Shown here piece after piece: positions 1-15,209 of a stretch of 64,000 bases of DNA. Origin of the DNA: Eledone cirrhosa (Eukaryota). The number at the start of each line of letters is the position of its first letter. The stretch's first letter is position 1. The translations under genes and the position numbers were made by a program. The DNA lies in contig OZ024748.1 of the NCBI GenBank assembly GCA_964016885.1, forward strand, positions 50,282,001-50,346,000, read 5' to 3'. Below the pieces are notes generated by a model. That model ran no database searches. It had not been told where the DNA came from and saw only the letters and a list, made by a program, of their open reading frames with translations.

Positions 1-166
1 TCCCGGGAATGAATATGACCGCAGCTAGTAAACAAGGACCCACACCCCACCCTCCCGCACCAAAATTAGACTTATCGTCCCCTACTTTTGCTCTTTACTC
101 TCTTTACTCTTTGTTCTTGAATGTTTGGTTGGTAGAGTCCATAACACCAATCAAACCCCTTTTATA

Positions 167-257
167 GCTCTGACGAATCCTACGGTTACGTAAGGAAAAA
201 ACATTGTAAGCCAATAAAAATCTTTTGATGTTGTAGACGCTCTTGTGTTCTTTTTCA
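167..257 (+). mobile_element. Degenerate PLE-type 3' end with eroded hammerhead
   Basis: gct-CTGACGA-atcctacg gtta cgtaagga-aAAAC att GTA-agc, then AATAAA and an AT-rich run. The GAAA core appears mutated. Confidence 0.5.
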
Positions 258-467
258 TATAAATTATATACTATATATAACTAACCTTTATACAATATAT
301 ACATCTCGTGTTTACTATGTATACACGTTAACCCTCTTTATCATTTCTATGTAACCTTGTTGTTCTATATCACCTTGTTGTTGTAACTTTCCCCTCCTTT
401 CAAATTGTTGGTCTTGTGCCTAAAGCCTTGTGCCTTATGATTAGGATTATGAGGGTGAGAGATGAGC

Positions 468-640
468 AGTATCGGTAGGGCATCAGACATCATGATTTGC
501 GGCATATAGTTGCGGCCCTTTACATGCTGAGCTCAAATATAGAAAATGTTAGTTTTGCCTTTCATCCTTACGGGGTCAATAAAATAACCACTTTCCCCTC
601 CTCTTCAGATTGATGGACGTGTGCCAAATGTAAAATCTAT
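468..640 (+). mobile_element. tRNA-derived SINE (family S1), diverged
   Basis: Core ttttgcctttcatccttacggggtcaataaaataa matches the better copies at 16941-17213 and 46400-46780. Confidence 0.7.
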
Positions 641-1569
641 TATTGACTATACGACTTATCATCACAACTGCGAGAGGCTGCAGAGAAGTGCTAATGGATA
701 TAGTAAAGTCGTATGTGTGGACGTCTGATTGATTCGAGGCCTCACCCTCCTCTCACATATTCATTTCCTAACATGTAGAAGACACTGTCTCTTTGGTAAT
801 ATCTAATTATCTAACGCTCATCTGATATAAAAGAAAGCATTTTATGTTCAAGAGTCATATTTTTATTGTGTATTTTCACTGAATATAGACTACATCTCCG
901 CGCCTCATAGATCGGATCGGGGTAGTATTTTGGAGGGACGAATAGATAATAGAAGATTGAGCGGAAGACAAATCTAAACGCTGGCGTGATAACACCAGGA
1001 ATTGGAGGAGAAGAACACTGGTGGAATGCCCGGCCGTGGCGAGGGTGAGGAGCCAGTGAACAGAATTGGTGCAATTGTCTATGGTCCCCAACCCTCAGTA
1101 GAGAGGATAGGACTTGAAGAATATGACGAAAGAGTTAAAAACCACAAAGCAAATAGGGAATGATCCACACATGTAGAGAAATAAGAGTAAGCAATTATGC
1201 TGATGGTCACGAGTAGAAAATCGTCTTGATATATGTGTGATATTAAAACCAGAGGAGGTTGAAAACCAGTGAGAGAAGAATACAAAAGAGAAAGTAATAA
1301 CAGAAGCTGTCGACCACCAAACTGTAGTTTCAAGTAACCAAACAGAAGCAACTTCGAGGATAGCCACCAAAAACAACCTAGGAACCAGTATAACGAGACA
1401 ATGTACAAGAAATCGAGAGAACATCAGTTAGAACTTCAATACAATTCAGACGGCAGAACAACAAGGAAATTGAGACTAAAGAATACCAGGAAATTAAGAC
1501 AGCAGTAATACCGGGAAAAGAAAAAAAGACGTCAATCTATTTCAGGATTTAAGTTTTACTTCGAGAAAG

Positions 1570-1700
1570 ATGGCGAATTGACAGAGTCGTTAGAATGCTT
1601 TGCAGTAGTCGTTCAGGCAGTCTGCGCCCAGAGTTCAAAACTTACCGAGGTCAACACTACCTTTCACTCTGTCGAGGTCTATAAGATTAATACCAGTCTG
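1570..1700 (+). mobile_element. SINE S1, diverged
   Basis: tggcgaattgacagagtcgttaga...gagttcaaaacttaccgaggtcaac...ctttcactctgtcgaggtctataagattaataccagt. Confidence 0.65.
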
Positions 1701-1965
1701 TTTCTCTAATTCTTTATCTATCTTTCACAATTCTATGGAAGTAATCGGTTGGAGAGGAGATAAGCTCCACCATGTTTTCGATGCCATAGAAATTCAGTAT
1801 ATCATGACACACACACCTATAGATTAGCACACACACACACACATACGAGTGCGTTTGCGCGAATTCACACAAACCATACATATATATACTTGTAGGTATA
1901 TGTATATATATATACATACATATCACATTTATATATATATACATATCACATTTATAATCTCTATG

Positions 1966-2014
<49 letters not shown>

Positions 2015-2122
2015 ATTACATAATATACAACACAGTATAATTATTCCATTACCGAAGGATTCAAGAAACGAGACGACTCATACAGAAACGTCCAGCTCGT
2101 TCATCAGATAAAATAATTATTA

Positions 2123-2201
<79 letters not shown>

Positions 2202-2202
<1 letters not shown>

Positions 2203-2320
2203 AATGGCTCTTACGGGACTAGAACTGTTTCATTCGGGAGAAATCATCAAATCATCAGGAAGTCGGCTTCCAGGTGATTTCTATATTAAATATTTATACT
2301 CTGCTATGTAGTGAGTACGA
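2202..2320. mobile_element. Rearranged HHR element, subfamily A'
   Basis: Minus-strand ctgatgat...gaatgaaacagttctagtccc, followed by the plus-strand tail atttctatattaaatatttatactctgctatgtagtgagtac. Flanked by microsatellite. Confidence 0.7.
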
Positions 2321-2330
2321 TATTTACTGT

Positions 2331-2385
<55 letters not shown>

Positions 2386-2392
2386 TATATAC

Positions 2393-2423
<31 letters not shown>

Positions 2424-2454
2424 TATATATGTAAGTTATGTACCTTATTTACTG

Positions 2455-2486
<32 letters not shown>

Positions 2487-2568
2487 GTGCATATATATAC
2501 ATTTATCTGTTCATATATCTATCTACCTACATATATATATATAAATATATATAAATATATATATATAC

Positions 2569-2599
<31 letters not shown>

Positions 2600-2985
2600 C
2601 ATATATGTGTTCGTGTGTGTGTGAAAAGTATCCTGACACGCATATCTATGAATACTATATATACGACTAAACATAGGCACTGAGAAAAAAATACTATCAG
2701 AGACTGTCGAAGATACAGGCGTGTCAGCATAGACAGAGACAGTGGCATAAAAACTAATGTGGAAATATAAAAGCACACATTTATATATGAGACTTTACGT
2801 AAGAGAGTGATTCACATTATGTAAAACTCATACTCCAATAGAAATGAATACAGATTTGCATATAGACATAAACTTGTATGCTACTAAGTATATATACAAT
2901 ATATAAATTTATTCTATTACCTTTACATATATATATATATTATATATATATATGCATATATATATATATATATGTATACATATTG

Positions 2986-3033
<48 letters not shown>

Positions 3034-3034
3034 C

Positions 3035-3065
<31 letters not shown>

Positions 3066-3068
3066 GAT

Positions 3069-3121
3069 GAGATTCTACAGTTCTAGAAGTGTTTCATTCT
3101 TTAGAAATCATCAGGAATCTC
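3069..3121 (-). ncRNA. Type I hammerhead ribozyme motif (family A)
   Basis: Minus strand reads GAGATTC-CTGATGA-tTTC taaa GAAt-GAAA-cac ttctagaa ctg-TA-GAATCTC, with a perfect 7-bp stem I. Confidence 0.75.
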
Positions 3122-3125
3122 TGAT

Positions 3126-3178
3126 GAGATTCCTGATGATTTCTAAAGAATGAAACAGTTCTAGTTCTGTAGAATCTC
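3126..3178 (+). ncRNA. Type I hammerhead ribozyme motif (family A)
   Basis: GAGATTC-CTGATGA-tTTC taaa GAAt-GAAA-CAG ttctagtt CTG-TA-GAATCTC. Core is complete, the cleavage triplet is GUA and all three stems are present. Confidence 0.85.
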
Positions 3179-3382
3179 ATCTATATTAAAACTATTATAC
3201 TCTGCAATAGCCGTCGAAATAGCCGTCGAAACGGCTTGAGCTCTGCCGTCGGGGTCACACTTTTTCCTATATATATATATATATGTCCGTGTGTGTGTGT
3301 GTATGTATATTGTTTATATCTTTATATATATATATATGTGTGTGCGTGTGTGTATATATAGATATATATATATAGTCTATAT

Positions 3383-3416
<34 letters not shown>

Positions 3417-3541
3417 TCACATATGCATGGGTATGTGTGTATGCATACACATGCACACCTAAACATTCGCACACACTCAGATATATTTATATCTATCTTT
3501 CTATCTACTACATATATACATGTATCTCTCTCTCTCACTCC

Positions 3542-3599
<58 letters not shown>

Positions 3600-3829
3600 G
3601 GAGACGATATGTATACATACATATATATGCGTACATACATATATGTGTATATGTATATATATACGTATGTGTATATATATATATATATATATACAAATAC
3701 ATACATGCATCAACCCCAATATCTTATGTAACACGCACACACACACAGACACACGCAGACACAAACACACACACCCACACACACACACACACACAAACAT
3801 ATATATATATATATATGTAGATATATATG

Positions 3830-3864
<35 letters not shown>

Positions 3865-3894
3865 GTATATAAATACATATATACAGATATATCT

Positions 3895-3945
<51 letters not shown>

Positions 3946-3957
3946 GATATATATGTG

Positions 3958-4000
<43 letters not shown>

Positions 4001-4012
4001 GATATATATGTG

Positions 4013-4054
<42 letters not shown>

Positions 4055-4612
4055 GTGTTGATATATATATTATTTTACATATTCAAACATTAACACAATG
4101 AGCATTATATACTGATGCCTAGAATGTAGAAATTTATTTTCGAGAATATATACATACGCACACACACTCACACACACTCAAACACACACACACACACACA
4201 TGCATATATAAACATAGTGTGAAATAGAAACAGACAGGTGTATATCAGATCGATACATAGACAGATACATAGACAGGTAAATATATATATAATAAAACTT
4301 GAATGTGTTCCTCTCTGTATATATACAACACATATATCCACATAATACTAAAGTAAAGTCCTGCGTTTAATTCTATATCTTTAACTATATGGTAAAGTAC
4401 ATATTTATACATGAGTAAAGGTATTTGTATATCTATATATTTATAATGTGTGTGTGTATATTTGTACACAGACACGCGCGCTCACGCAAACACACGCACA
4501 AACACATACACACACATACACATACACACACACATATATATCTATAATTTCTCTTATGTGTACATTTTTTCGTGATGTTGAAGAAATGTCCTGAAAGGTT
4601 TGCGTGCTTGTG

Positions 4613-4667
<55 letters not shown>

Positions 4668-4724
4668 AACATATATATATATATATTTTCCGTTTATATA
4701 TATTTATATATATATATACATATA

Positions 4725-4775
4725 CTCGTTCCTATCACCTACTCTACTACCCTAAGTATTGAGTACTTTGGTGCG

Positions 4776-4776
<1 letters not shown>
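4725..4776 (+). mobile_element. Family B tail fragment
   Basis: ctcgttcctatcacctactctactaccctaagtattgagtactttggtgcg within (TA)n. Confidence 0.75.
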
Positions 4777-4817
<41 letters not shown>

Positions 4818-4820
4818 TAT

Positions 4821-4921
<101 letters not shown>

Positions 4922-4967
4922 CATATATATATACTTATATATATATATATATATATATATACTTATA

Positions 4968-5046
<79 letters not shown>

Positions 5047-5144
5047 ATATATATTCATGCATTGCATATTTATTATTATATATAATAATTTTTTACAATT
5101 ATCATTTCGTACATGTGATGCTGCTGCTGAATTTGGAGATCCTT

Positions 5145-5208
<64 letters not shown>

Positions 5209-5790
5209 GTATTATAAGATTTATTGCCATCGTTAGTATTGAGGTCCTCATTTATATCAACTGTCAAAATATTATCATCAGTATTAAGATAGCCATCATC
5301 ATCATCACCATCACCATCATCATCATTATCACCATCATCATCATCACCATCACCATTATTATCATTTCATCATCATGATCATCATCATCATCATCATGAT
5401 CATCACCCTCATCATCATCATTATCACCATCACCATCACCATCATCACCATCACCATCGTCATCACCATCATCTTTATCATCATCACCATCATCATTATT
5501 ATCATTTTCATCATCACCATCATCATCATCATTATTATCATCATCAATATCATTACCATCATCATCATCATCACCACCACCATCCCCATTATTATTATCA
5601 TCATCATCATTATCATCATCACCATCATCATCACCATCATCACCATCACCATCATCATCATCATCACCACCATCATCATCATCATCATCCCCATTATCAC
5701 CACCATCATCACCATTATGGTTATCATGACCCTCACAATTATCACCATCATCATCATCATTATCATCACTATCAACGCCCCAATCATTGT
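5145..5790. repeat. (ATC/ACC)n trinucleotide repeat tract
   Basis: Directly visible. Confidence 0.95.
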
Positions 5791-5961
5791 TTCTTACTTA
5801 CCTTTCTCTCTCAGCCTCCTACTACAATTCCCTCCCCTTCATGCATAACTCCCACCACCTTGACAACCACCTTGACAACCACCTATCATTTACTCCTACC
5901 TCCACCTATTTCACCTCTTTCTTTTCTTTCCTTCTTTCTCACTCATCACACATTCCCGCCT

Positions 5962-6031
<70 letters not shown>

Positions 6032-6072
6032 ACTATATATCTATCTATCAATTTAACTATCCACCTTCCACT

Positions 6073-6137
<65 letters not shown>

Positions 6138-6145
6138 CTGCACAC

Positions 6146-6281
<136 letters not shown>

Positions 6282-6289
6282 CTGCACAC

Positions 6290-6387
<98 letters not shown>

Positions 6388-6395
6388 CTGCACAC

Positions 6396-6501
<106 letters not shown>

Positions 6502-6594
6502 GTATGTGTATTTATATTTATCTATCTATCTTGTATGTTTGTTTGTCTGTGTCTGACTACCTCTGTGTCTCCTCCATTGTCTATCTGTCTGACT

Positions 6595-6657
<63 letters not shown>

Positions 6658-6711
6658 ATATATATATATATACATATATATATAAACTTACATATATATA
6701 TATATATATAC

Positions 6712-6826
<115 letters not shown>

Positions 6827-6837
6827 CATATATATAA

Positions 6838-6949
<112 letters not shown>

Positions 6950-7031
6950 TTATTTATTAAAATAACAGATTAAAGTTTAAGCAAAGAATCGCTGCTTTCA
7001 CCCTTAACGGGATCTTCTGAAACTCCTCCTT

Positions 7032-7116
<85 letters not shown>

Positions 7117-7233
7117 ATATCATCAGCCCCTCCCCTTCTTTTCTCTAAACAAATATTTGGATTTTAGTCTTCAAATTTATTATTATTACTATACATATAT
7201 ACATATATATATATGTATATATATATATATATG

Positions 7234-7288
<55 letters not shown>

Positions 7289-7307
7289 GTATATATATAT
7301 ATATATG

Positions 7308-7396
<89 letters not shown>

Positions 7397-7549
7397 GTAT
7401 ATATATATACACACATATATATATACATATATATATATATATAAGTGTGTCTGTGTGTCTTTTTATCCCTTTCTCATTATATATATATAAATGTCGCTAT
7501 CACTCTATCCCGGCCGCATACCCTCTATCATTGAACACTCCCCCCCTCC

Positions 7550-7611
<62 letters not shown>

Positions 7612-7744
7612 GTGTATATATTTATATATGAGTATATATATATGTATATCAGGGATACATGTGTGAATCTCATGATAACCAGTGTCAGTCACCTTCCTCT
7701 GACTCCCATTACGTTACTGCACACACCTCTGTCGCTCTACTACT

Positions 7745-8345
7745 CCACCACCACCACCTCCGCCGCCGCCGCCACCACCAATACCACCTCTACAACCACC
7801 ACCACCACCTCCTCCTCCACCGCTATCCACCTCGGCCACTATCATTACCAACCGCCTCCACCATAACCAACACACCGCTTCCACCACCATCATTACAATC
7901 ACCACCACCACCACCACCTCCACCGCCTCCACTACCATCATTACCACCACCACCACCACCACCACCACCACCACCACCACCACCACCATTATCACCACCA
8001 CCACTACCACCACCACCACCACCACCACCATTATCACCACCACCACTACCACTACCACCTCCACCGCCTCCACTACCATCATTACCACCACCACCACCAC
8101 CACCACCACCAATACCACCTCCATCACCATCATTACCACCACCACCACCACCACCATTATCACCACCACCACTACCACCACCACCACCACCACCACCACC
8201 ATTATCACCACCACCACTACCACCACCACCACCACCACCACCACCATCACCACTATCACCACCACCGCCACCACCACTACCACCACCACCACCACAACCA
8301 ACACCACTACCACCACCACCACTACTACCACCACCACAACCAATA
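7745..8345. repeat. (CCA)n-rich trinucleotide tract
   Basis: Directly visible; source of the poly-Pro/Gly/Val ORFs. Confidence 0.95.
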
Positions 8346-9524
8346 CCCCCCCCCACACACACAACAACCAACTCCTCCTCCATCTGCCCCCCCCCTCCCC
8401 CCACACGTTCCTTCATTTCTAAATCCTGCCTATTTATCTCTCTCTAATTTCTTGCATATCTTTATATTTGCTTATCCTTTACCTCTTGCTACTCCCCCTC
8501 CTGCTCCCCCTACTCACCCCTCGTCTTCCTCTTCCTCCTCCTCCTCCTACTACCACTACCACCACCACCACCACTACTACTACTACATATCATCACTCCT
8601 CCCCTTCTTTTCTCTAAACCATTTCTACTCTTCCCACTGCAATATTACTCTTTTTCTCTTCCTCCGACTTTAACTCTCTCTCTCACTCTCTCTCTCCCTC
8701 TCTCTCTCTCTCCCTCTCTCTCTCCCCCCTCTCTCTCTCTCTTTCTGCCTCACGCACTTTCTGTTCCTCCACCCTCTCTCACTCTCTGTTCTTCCGTCAG
8801 TCTCGCCTTCTTTTCCTATGTTTCTTCCATCTCACTATTCCTTTCATTCTCTCTCTCACTCACCCTCCCGCCGCTATACTCTCACTCTCTCCCCTCCCTC
8901 TAGCATTCTCTCTCTCTCTCTCTCTCCCTCCACTATTCTCTCTCTCTTCCCCCTCCCTCTAGCATTCTCTCTCTCCTTCCCTCCAGTATTCTCTCTCTCT
9001 CTCCCTCCCTCCACTATTCTCTCTCTCCGCCCCTCCCTCTAGCATTCTCTCTCTCTCCCTCCCTCCAGTATTCTCTCTCTGTCTCTATCTCTCTCTCTCT
9101 GTCTGCCTCTCAGAACATCACACTTTTCCTCTCTCCCTCTGCTTTCTCACTCTTTATTTTACATTTCTCTAAGACTTCTACAATTAATTTACACCCCTTC
9201 TCCCCTCTCTCCCCTCTCTTACTTCCCTCCTCTCCCCTCTCTTCCACCTTTCGATCCCACCCCCTCATACAATCCTCTCTCTCTCTTCCTACATCCTTCC
9301 ACTCACCTCTCCCAACTTTCCGCTCCACCGTCTCTTCCTTTCTCACCTTTCTCTCCCACACCCTAATATGTATTCCTCTCACCTCCCTCCTTCACATTTT
9401 ACTATCTATTCCTCCAACCTCTATCTCGCCTCCTACTACCTCTATTCCGCTTACCACTCCAGCCGAGCTCCTCACACTTCCACCTGCATTTCTACCTAGC
9501 TATATACATATATATATATATATA

Positions 9525-9708
9525 TAGGAAAATGTTTAACCCCGACGGCAGAGCTCAAGCCGTTTCGACGACTATTTCTGGACTCGCCGTCGAAGCGGCT
9601 TGAGGAGTTCTGCCGTCGGGGTTAAACATTTTCCTATTACCCACTCTACTAAGTATTGAGTACTCTGGTGCGTTATGGTCCATCTGGTTCCTTACCACAC
9701 CTACTTCG

Positions 9709-9710
<2 letters not shown>
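9525..9710 (+). mobile_element. Family B palindromic element
   Basis: Inverted arms ggaaaatgtttaaccccgacggc / gccgtcggggttaaacattttcc, plus a tail ending cttcgt(TA)n. Confidence 0.85.
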
Positions 9711-9760
<50 letters not shown>

Positions 9761-9884
9761 GTAGGAGGTGAGTTTTATTGTAGCACAATAAAGCAATGCA
9801 AATATCGGATAAGTAGCACTCAACAGTTTATAGGACTGGAGTATAAATAATATAAAATCAAAAGATGGTTAAAAGAGTTCCATG

Positions 9885-9955
9885 TATTTTATTATGCGCA
9901 TTTCAAAAACAAATATCATCATGGGATGATATTTGCGTTCTCATCAGATAAAATA
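9885..9955 (-). ncRNA. Type I hammerhead ribozyme motif (family D)
   Basis: TATTTTAT-CTGATGA-gaacgCAAATATCATC ccat GATGATATTTGttttt-GAAA-TGCGCA-TA-ATAAAATA. It has an 8-bp stem I, a long stem II and a minimal palindromic stem III. Confidence 0.8.
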
Positions 9956-10026
9956 GGGAGACATGATATGAAGCTTAAAAAGCACTTGCGAGCAGTGAAG
10001 TGCTATATCAACATATCATGTCTCCC

Positions 10027-10094
10027 TATTTTATCTGATGAGAACGCAAATATCATCCCATGATGATATTTGTTTTTGAAATGCGCATAAAATA
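10027..10094 (+). ncRNA. Hammerhead motif (family D, second arm, 3-nt deletion in stem I)
   Basis: Mirror of 9885-9955 lacking 3 nt after the cleavage site. Confidence 0.6.
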
Positions 10095-10124
10095 CATGGA
10101 ACTCTTTTAACCATCTTTTGATTT

Positions 10125-10162
<38 letters not shown>

Positions 10163-10268
10163 ATATAGATAGCTAGGTAGGCAGGTGGAGTGGAAATGTA
10201 GGAGAGAAGTGAGAGGAGGGAAGTAAGAGGGGGAAGGTGGAAGAGAGGAAATTAATTATAGAAGTCGT

Positions 10269-10324
10269 AGAAATAGCCGTCGAAACGGCTTGAGCTCTGC
10301 CGTCGGGGTTAAACATTTTCCTAC
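10269..10324 (+). mobile_element. Family B fragment
   Basis: agaaatagccgtcgaaacggcttgagctctgccgtcggggttaaacattttccta. Confidence 0.8.
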
Positions 10325-10810
10325 ATATATATATATACGTCTGTGTGTGTGTGTGTTTGTCTGCATCTGTGTATGAGCTTACTGTAAGCTGCATCACACT
10401 CACCTGCGCTCACACAATCTCTTTCTCTTTCTATCGACATGCCCACACACACACACACACACACACAAGTGTTTTACCTCGACTACATACACATACTCCT
10501 CCTCCCATCTGTTTCTTACTATATCCTCTGCCTTGCACTCTTCCACCTTCACCCTCCATCATTCCCTACCTATCTATTGTATACCCGCATCTGACTCAGT
10601 TTCCCCTCTCCTCTGATGTCTACTTTTACTCCCAATTTATATATATTATCAATCTATTTGCCCGGCTCAATCTCTCTTTCTCTATCCCCTTATCTATCTA
10701 CCTATCTACCTACATATATATCTATCTCTCTATCTATCTATCTTTCTATCCATCTATCTATCTATCTATCTAACTGTATCTCTCTCTCTTTCGCTCACTT
10801 TCTAACTTTC

Positions 10811-10895
<85 letters not shown>

Positions 10896-10904
10896 GTATA
10901 TGTG

Positions 10905-11145
10905 GCTTGTTTCAGTCGGTATACTGCGGCCATGCTATAGCGATGACTTGATTTTGTCGTTCAAATCGGCTTCATTACTTATTGATCACTTTTTGTCGAA
11001 CTGCTAGGTCACTATTCATGAACACATGCATAAAATCAGAGACACACATGGTATATGTGTGTGTGCATATGTATCTATTTTCCAACCACTAAATTCCATT
11101 CACAAACCGTAGGCTATAGAAGAGGAGACTTGCCCAAGCTGCATT
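10905..11145 (-). mobile_element. SINE (family S3), diverged
   Basis: cttgtttcagtc...ctgcggccatgct motif is shared with 53872-53930 and 58150-58260. Confidence 0.5.
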
Positions 11146-11976
11146 TAGATAAATATACATATAGATATATATATATATACACTGTCATATAGATACATAT
11201 ACATATATATATATATATATATACACTGTCATATAGATACATATTCATATAGATATATATATATACGCTGTCATATAGATACATATACATATAGATTTAT
11301 ATATATACGCTGTCATATAGATACATATACATATAGATATATATATATACACTGTCATATAGATACATATTCATATAGATATATATATATACGCTATCAT
11401 ATAGATACATATACATATAGATATATATATATACGCTGTCATATTGATACATATACATATAGATATATATATACACTGTCATATTGATACATATACATAT
11501 AGATATATATATACACTGTCATATAGATACATATACATATAGATATATATATACACTGTCATATTGATACATATACATATAGATATATATATATACACAC
11601 TGTCATATAGATACATATACATATAGATATAGATATATACGCTGTCATATTGATACATATACATATAGATATATATACGCTGTCATATAGATACATATAC
11701 ATATAGATATATATATACACTGTCATATAGATACATATACATATAGATATATATATACACTGTCATATTGATACATATACATATAGATATATATATATAC
11801 ACACTGTCATATAGATACATATACATATAGATATATATACGCTGTCATATAGATGCATATACATATAGATATAGATATATACGCTGTCATATTGATACAT
11901 ATACATATAGATATATATACACTGTCATATTGATACATATACATATAGATATATATATACACTGTCATATTGATAC

Positions 11977-12014
<38 letters not shown>

Positions 12015-13438
12015 TGTCATATAGCTATAGATATACACTGTCATATAGATATACTTATACACTGTCATATAGATAAATATACATATACATTGTCATACAG
12101 ATACATATGCATATAGATATACACTGTCATATTGATATATATATATATACACTGTCATATTGATATATATATATACACTGTCATATAGATAAATATATAT
12201 ATAAACACTGTCATTTAGATAAATATACATATACACTGTCCCCAGTCATATAGATACATATATTAATAACACTGTCATATAGATAAATATATATATATAC
12301 TGTCATTTAGATATATATATACACCGTCATATAGATAAATATATATATATACACCGTCATATAGATACATATATACGTATATATACACTGTCATATAGAT
12401 AAATATATATATACACTATTATATAGATAAATATATGTATACACTGTCATATAGATAAATATATATATACACTGTCATATAGATAAATATATATATACAC
12501 TATCATATAGATAAATATATATATACACTGTCATATAGATAAATATATATATACACTGTCATATAGATAAATATATATATACACTATCATATAGATAAAT
12601 ATATATATACACTGTCATATAGATAAATATATATATACACTGTCATATAGATAAATATATATATACACTATCATATAGATAAATATATATATACACTGTC
12701 ATATAGATAAATATATATATACATTGTCATATAGATAAATATATATATACATTATCATATAGATAAATATATATATATACACTGTCATATAGATAAATAT
12801 ATATATACATTGTCATATAGATAAATATATATATACACTATCATATAGATAAATATGTATATACACTGTCCTATAGATAAATATATATATATATATACTC
12901 CGTCATATAGATACATATATACGTATATATACACTCTCATATAGATAAATATATATATACACTGTCATATAGATAAATATATATATACATTGTCATATAG
13001 ATAAATATATATATACACTATCATATAGATAAATATGTATATACACTGTCATATAGATAAATATATATATATATATACACTGTCATATAGATACATATAT
13101 ATATACACTGTCACATAGATAAATATATATATACACTGTCATATAGATAAATATATATATACACTGTCATATAGATACATATATATATACACTGTCATAT
13201 AGATAAATATATATATATACTCCGTCATATAGATACATATATACGTATATATACACTGTCATATAGATAAATATATATATACACTATCATATAGATAAAT
13301 ATGTACATACACTGTCATATAGATAAATATATATATACACTATCATATAGATAAATATGTATATACACTGTCATATAGATAAATATATATATATATACAC
13401 TGTCATATAGATACATATATATATACACTGTCACATAG

Positions 13439-13469
<31 letters not shown>

Positions 13470-13600
13470 CACTGTCACATAGATAAATATATATATACAC
13501 TGTCATATAGATAAATATATATATACACTGTCATATAGATACATATATATATACACTGTCATATAGATACATATATATATATATACACTGTCACATACCC
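11146..13600. repeat. AT-rich minisatellite, core ACACTGTCATATAGATA with variable (TA)n spacer (~26-45 bp units)
   Basis: Dozens of tandem ctgtcatatagata units. Confidence 0.95.
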
Positions 13601-13752
13601 AGTCATATATTTTTTTTCTCAATATATACATTCTTGCCACTCTCGCCACCTTGTCATCACCATCACCTGACATTTTAACTGTCTTTCTTTCTCTCTCCCC
13701 CCTTTGACATCAACTTTTCTACTACCCCCTTCTTAATCCAACTCCCCACTCG

Positions 13753-13863
13753 TTCTTCTTCTTCTTCTTCTTCTTCTTCTTCTTCTTCTTCTTCTTCTTC
13801 TTCTTCTTCTTCTTCTTCTTCTTCTTCTTCTTCTTCTTCTTCTTCTTCTTCTTCTTCTTCTTC
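13753..13863. repeat. (TTC)n
   Basis: Pure run. Confidence 0.98.
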
Positions 13864-14087
13864 ATCATTATCATCATCATCATCCTCATCTCCTCTCTAT
13901 CCCTGCCACCCCTCCCTCCCACTACATCTACCCCTATTTCTACCATTTATATAAAACAATTAAAAAGAAAATTCCATCATCATTCTCCTAACAATCCCAA
14001 CAATTTGTTATGCTTCTCTAGACAACTATCTAGCCTTCCATCATCCCTGTAAAGTCCCTTCTTTCATCATTTTATTGTAAACAGCAC

Positions 14088-14340
14088 CGCACCTGACCAT
14101 TACACCTGACCCCCACTAGTGACCGCCTCACTTGACCACCTCACCTGTCCACCACACCTAACCAGCTCACCTATCCACAACAACTGACCATCTCACCTGT
14201 CCACCACACCTGACCATCTCACCTGACCAAACCTCCACACCACATCTCACCACCACACCGGTCCACCACACCTCACGACCTCACCTGACCGCTACACCTG
14301 TCCACCACACCTGAGCAGTACACCTGATCACACCTGGCCA
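14088..14340. repeat. Degenerate ~11-14 bp tandem repeat (CACCTGACCA)
   Basis: Repeated cacctgacc/cacctgtcc. Confidence 0.75.
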
Positions 14341-14669
14341 TCTCCCCTTTTCCTTCCTTTTCTGCATTCTTTCTTTTTCTTTCTTTTTCTTCTTTCTTGA
14401 TCCTTCCCGTTCTTTCCTAATTTCATTCCTTCTGTCACTTCCTTCCTTTTCCCCCATTATTATTGCCCTTTCCCTCTCTCTCCACATCTCTTTCCCTTTC
14501 TTTTCCCCCTCTCTTTCCCCCTCTTTCACTCATCTCTCCCCCTCTTTTCCCCCCTCTCTCCCCCTCTCTCTCCACATCTCTTTCCCCTTCTTTTGCCCCT
14601 CTATTTCACCCTCTTTCACTCATCTCTCCCCCTCTTGTTTCCCCTCTCTCCCCCTATCTCTCCATATCT

Positions 14670-15171
14670 CTGGTGGTGGTCTTGGTGGTGGTGGTGGTGG
14701 TTGGTGGTAGTGGTGATGGTGGTTGTGGTGTTGGGTGTTAGTGGTGGTAGTGGTGGTGCTGTTGGTGGTGATGGTGGTGGATAGGTTGGCGGTGGATGCT
14801 GATGGTGGTGTTGGTGGTGGTAATGGCGATGGTAACGGCGGCGGTGGTGGTGGCGGTGGTGGTTGATTACGTTGATAGCGATGATAATGATGCTGGTGCT
14901 GGTGATTACACTGTTTGTTGATGATGATGTTGAGGACTATGACAACGACAGAGATGATGATGATAGTGGTGGAGGGGTGGGGGTGAGGGGGGGGGGCAGT
15001 GTTCGTGACAATGATAATGATGCTAATCATTATCGTGGTAAATGGTGGTGGTGATGGTGATGATAATGTCGATGATGATGATGATGGCGATGACGAGAAT
15101 AATAATGTTGTTAATCCTAATGCTGATGATGATGCTCCTGATGTAGATGATGATAATAATGATGATGGTGT

Positions 15172-15209
<38 letters not shown>

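Larger units (their letters stand above)
3062..3269. mobile_element. Palindromic family A element fused to a family B fragment
   Basis: Head-to-head A arms, then the A tail to ~3205, joined directly to the B sequence aatagccgtcgaaacggcttgagctctgccgtcggggt. (TA)n on both sides. Confidence 0.85.
9761..10131 (-). mobile_element. Family D palindromic HHR element
   Basis: Inverted arms 9848-9970 and 10012-10131 with a 41-nt spacer, a unique tail at 9761-9847 and (TA)n on both sides. Confidence 0.85.

Noticed and set aside
870-1540. Possible LTR or other transposon remnant (purine-rich unique stretch)
   Set aside because: No termini, PBS or protein motif could be identified.
7659-8447. Extensin/formin-like poly-proline protein
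   Set aside because: It is a (CCA)n tract open in several frames with no domain or splice support.
9525-10131. Palindromic elements read as MITEs or terminators
   Set aside because: Arms are asymmetric with a one-sided tail and variable inversion points, and they contain hammerhead cores; this does not fit fixed TIRs.
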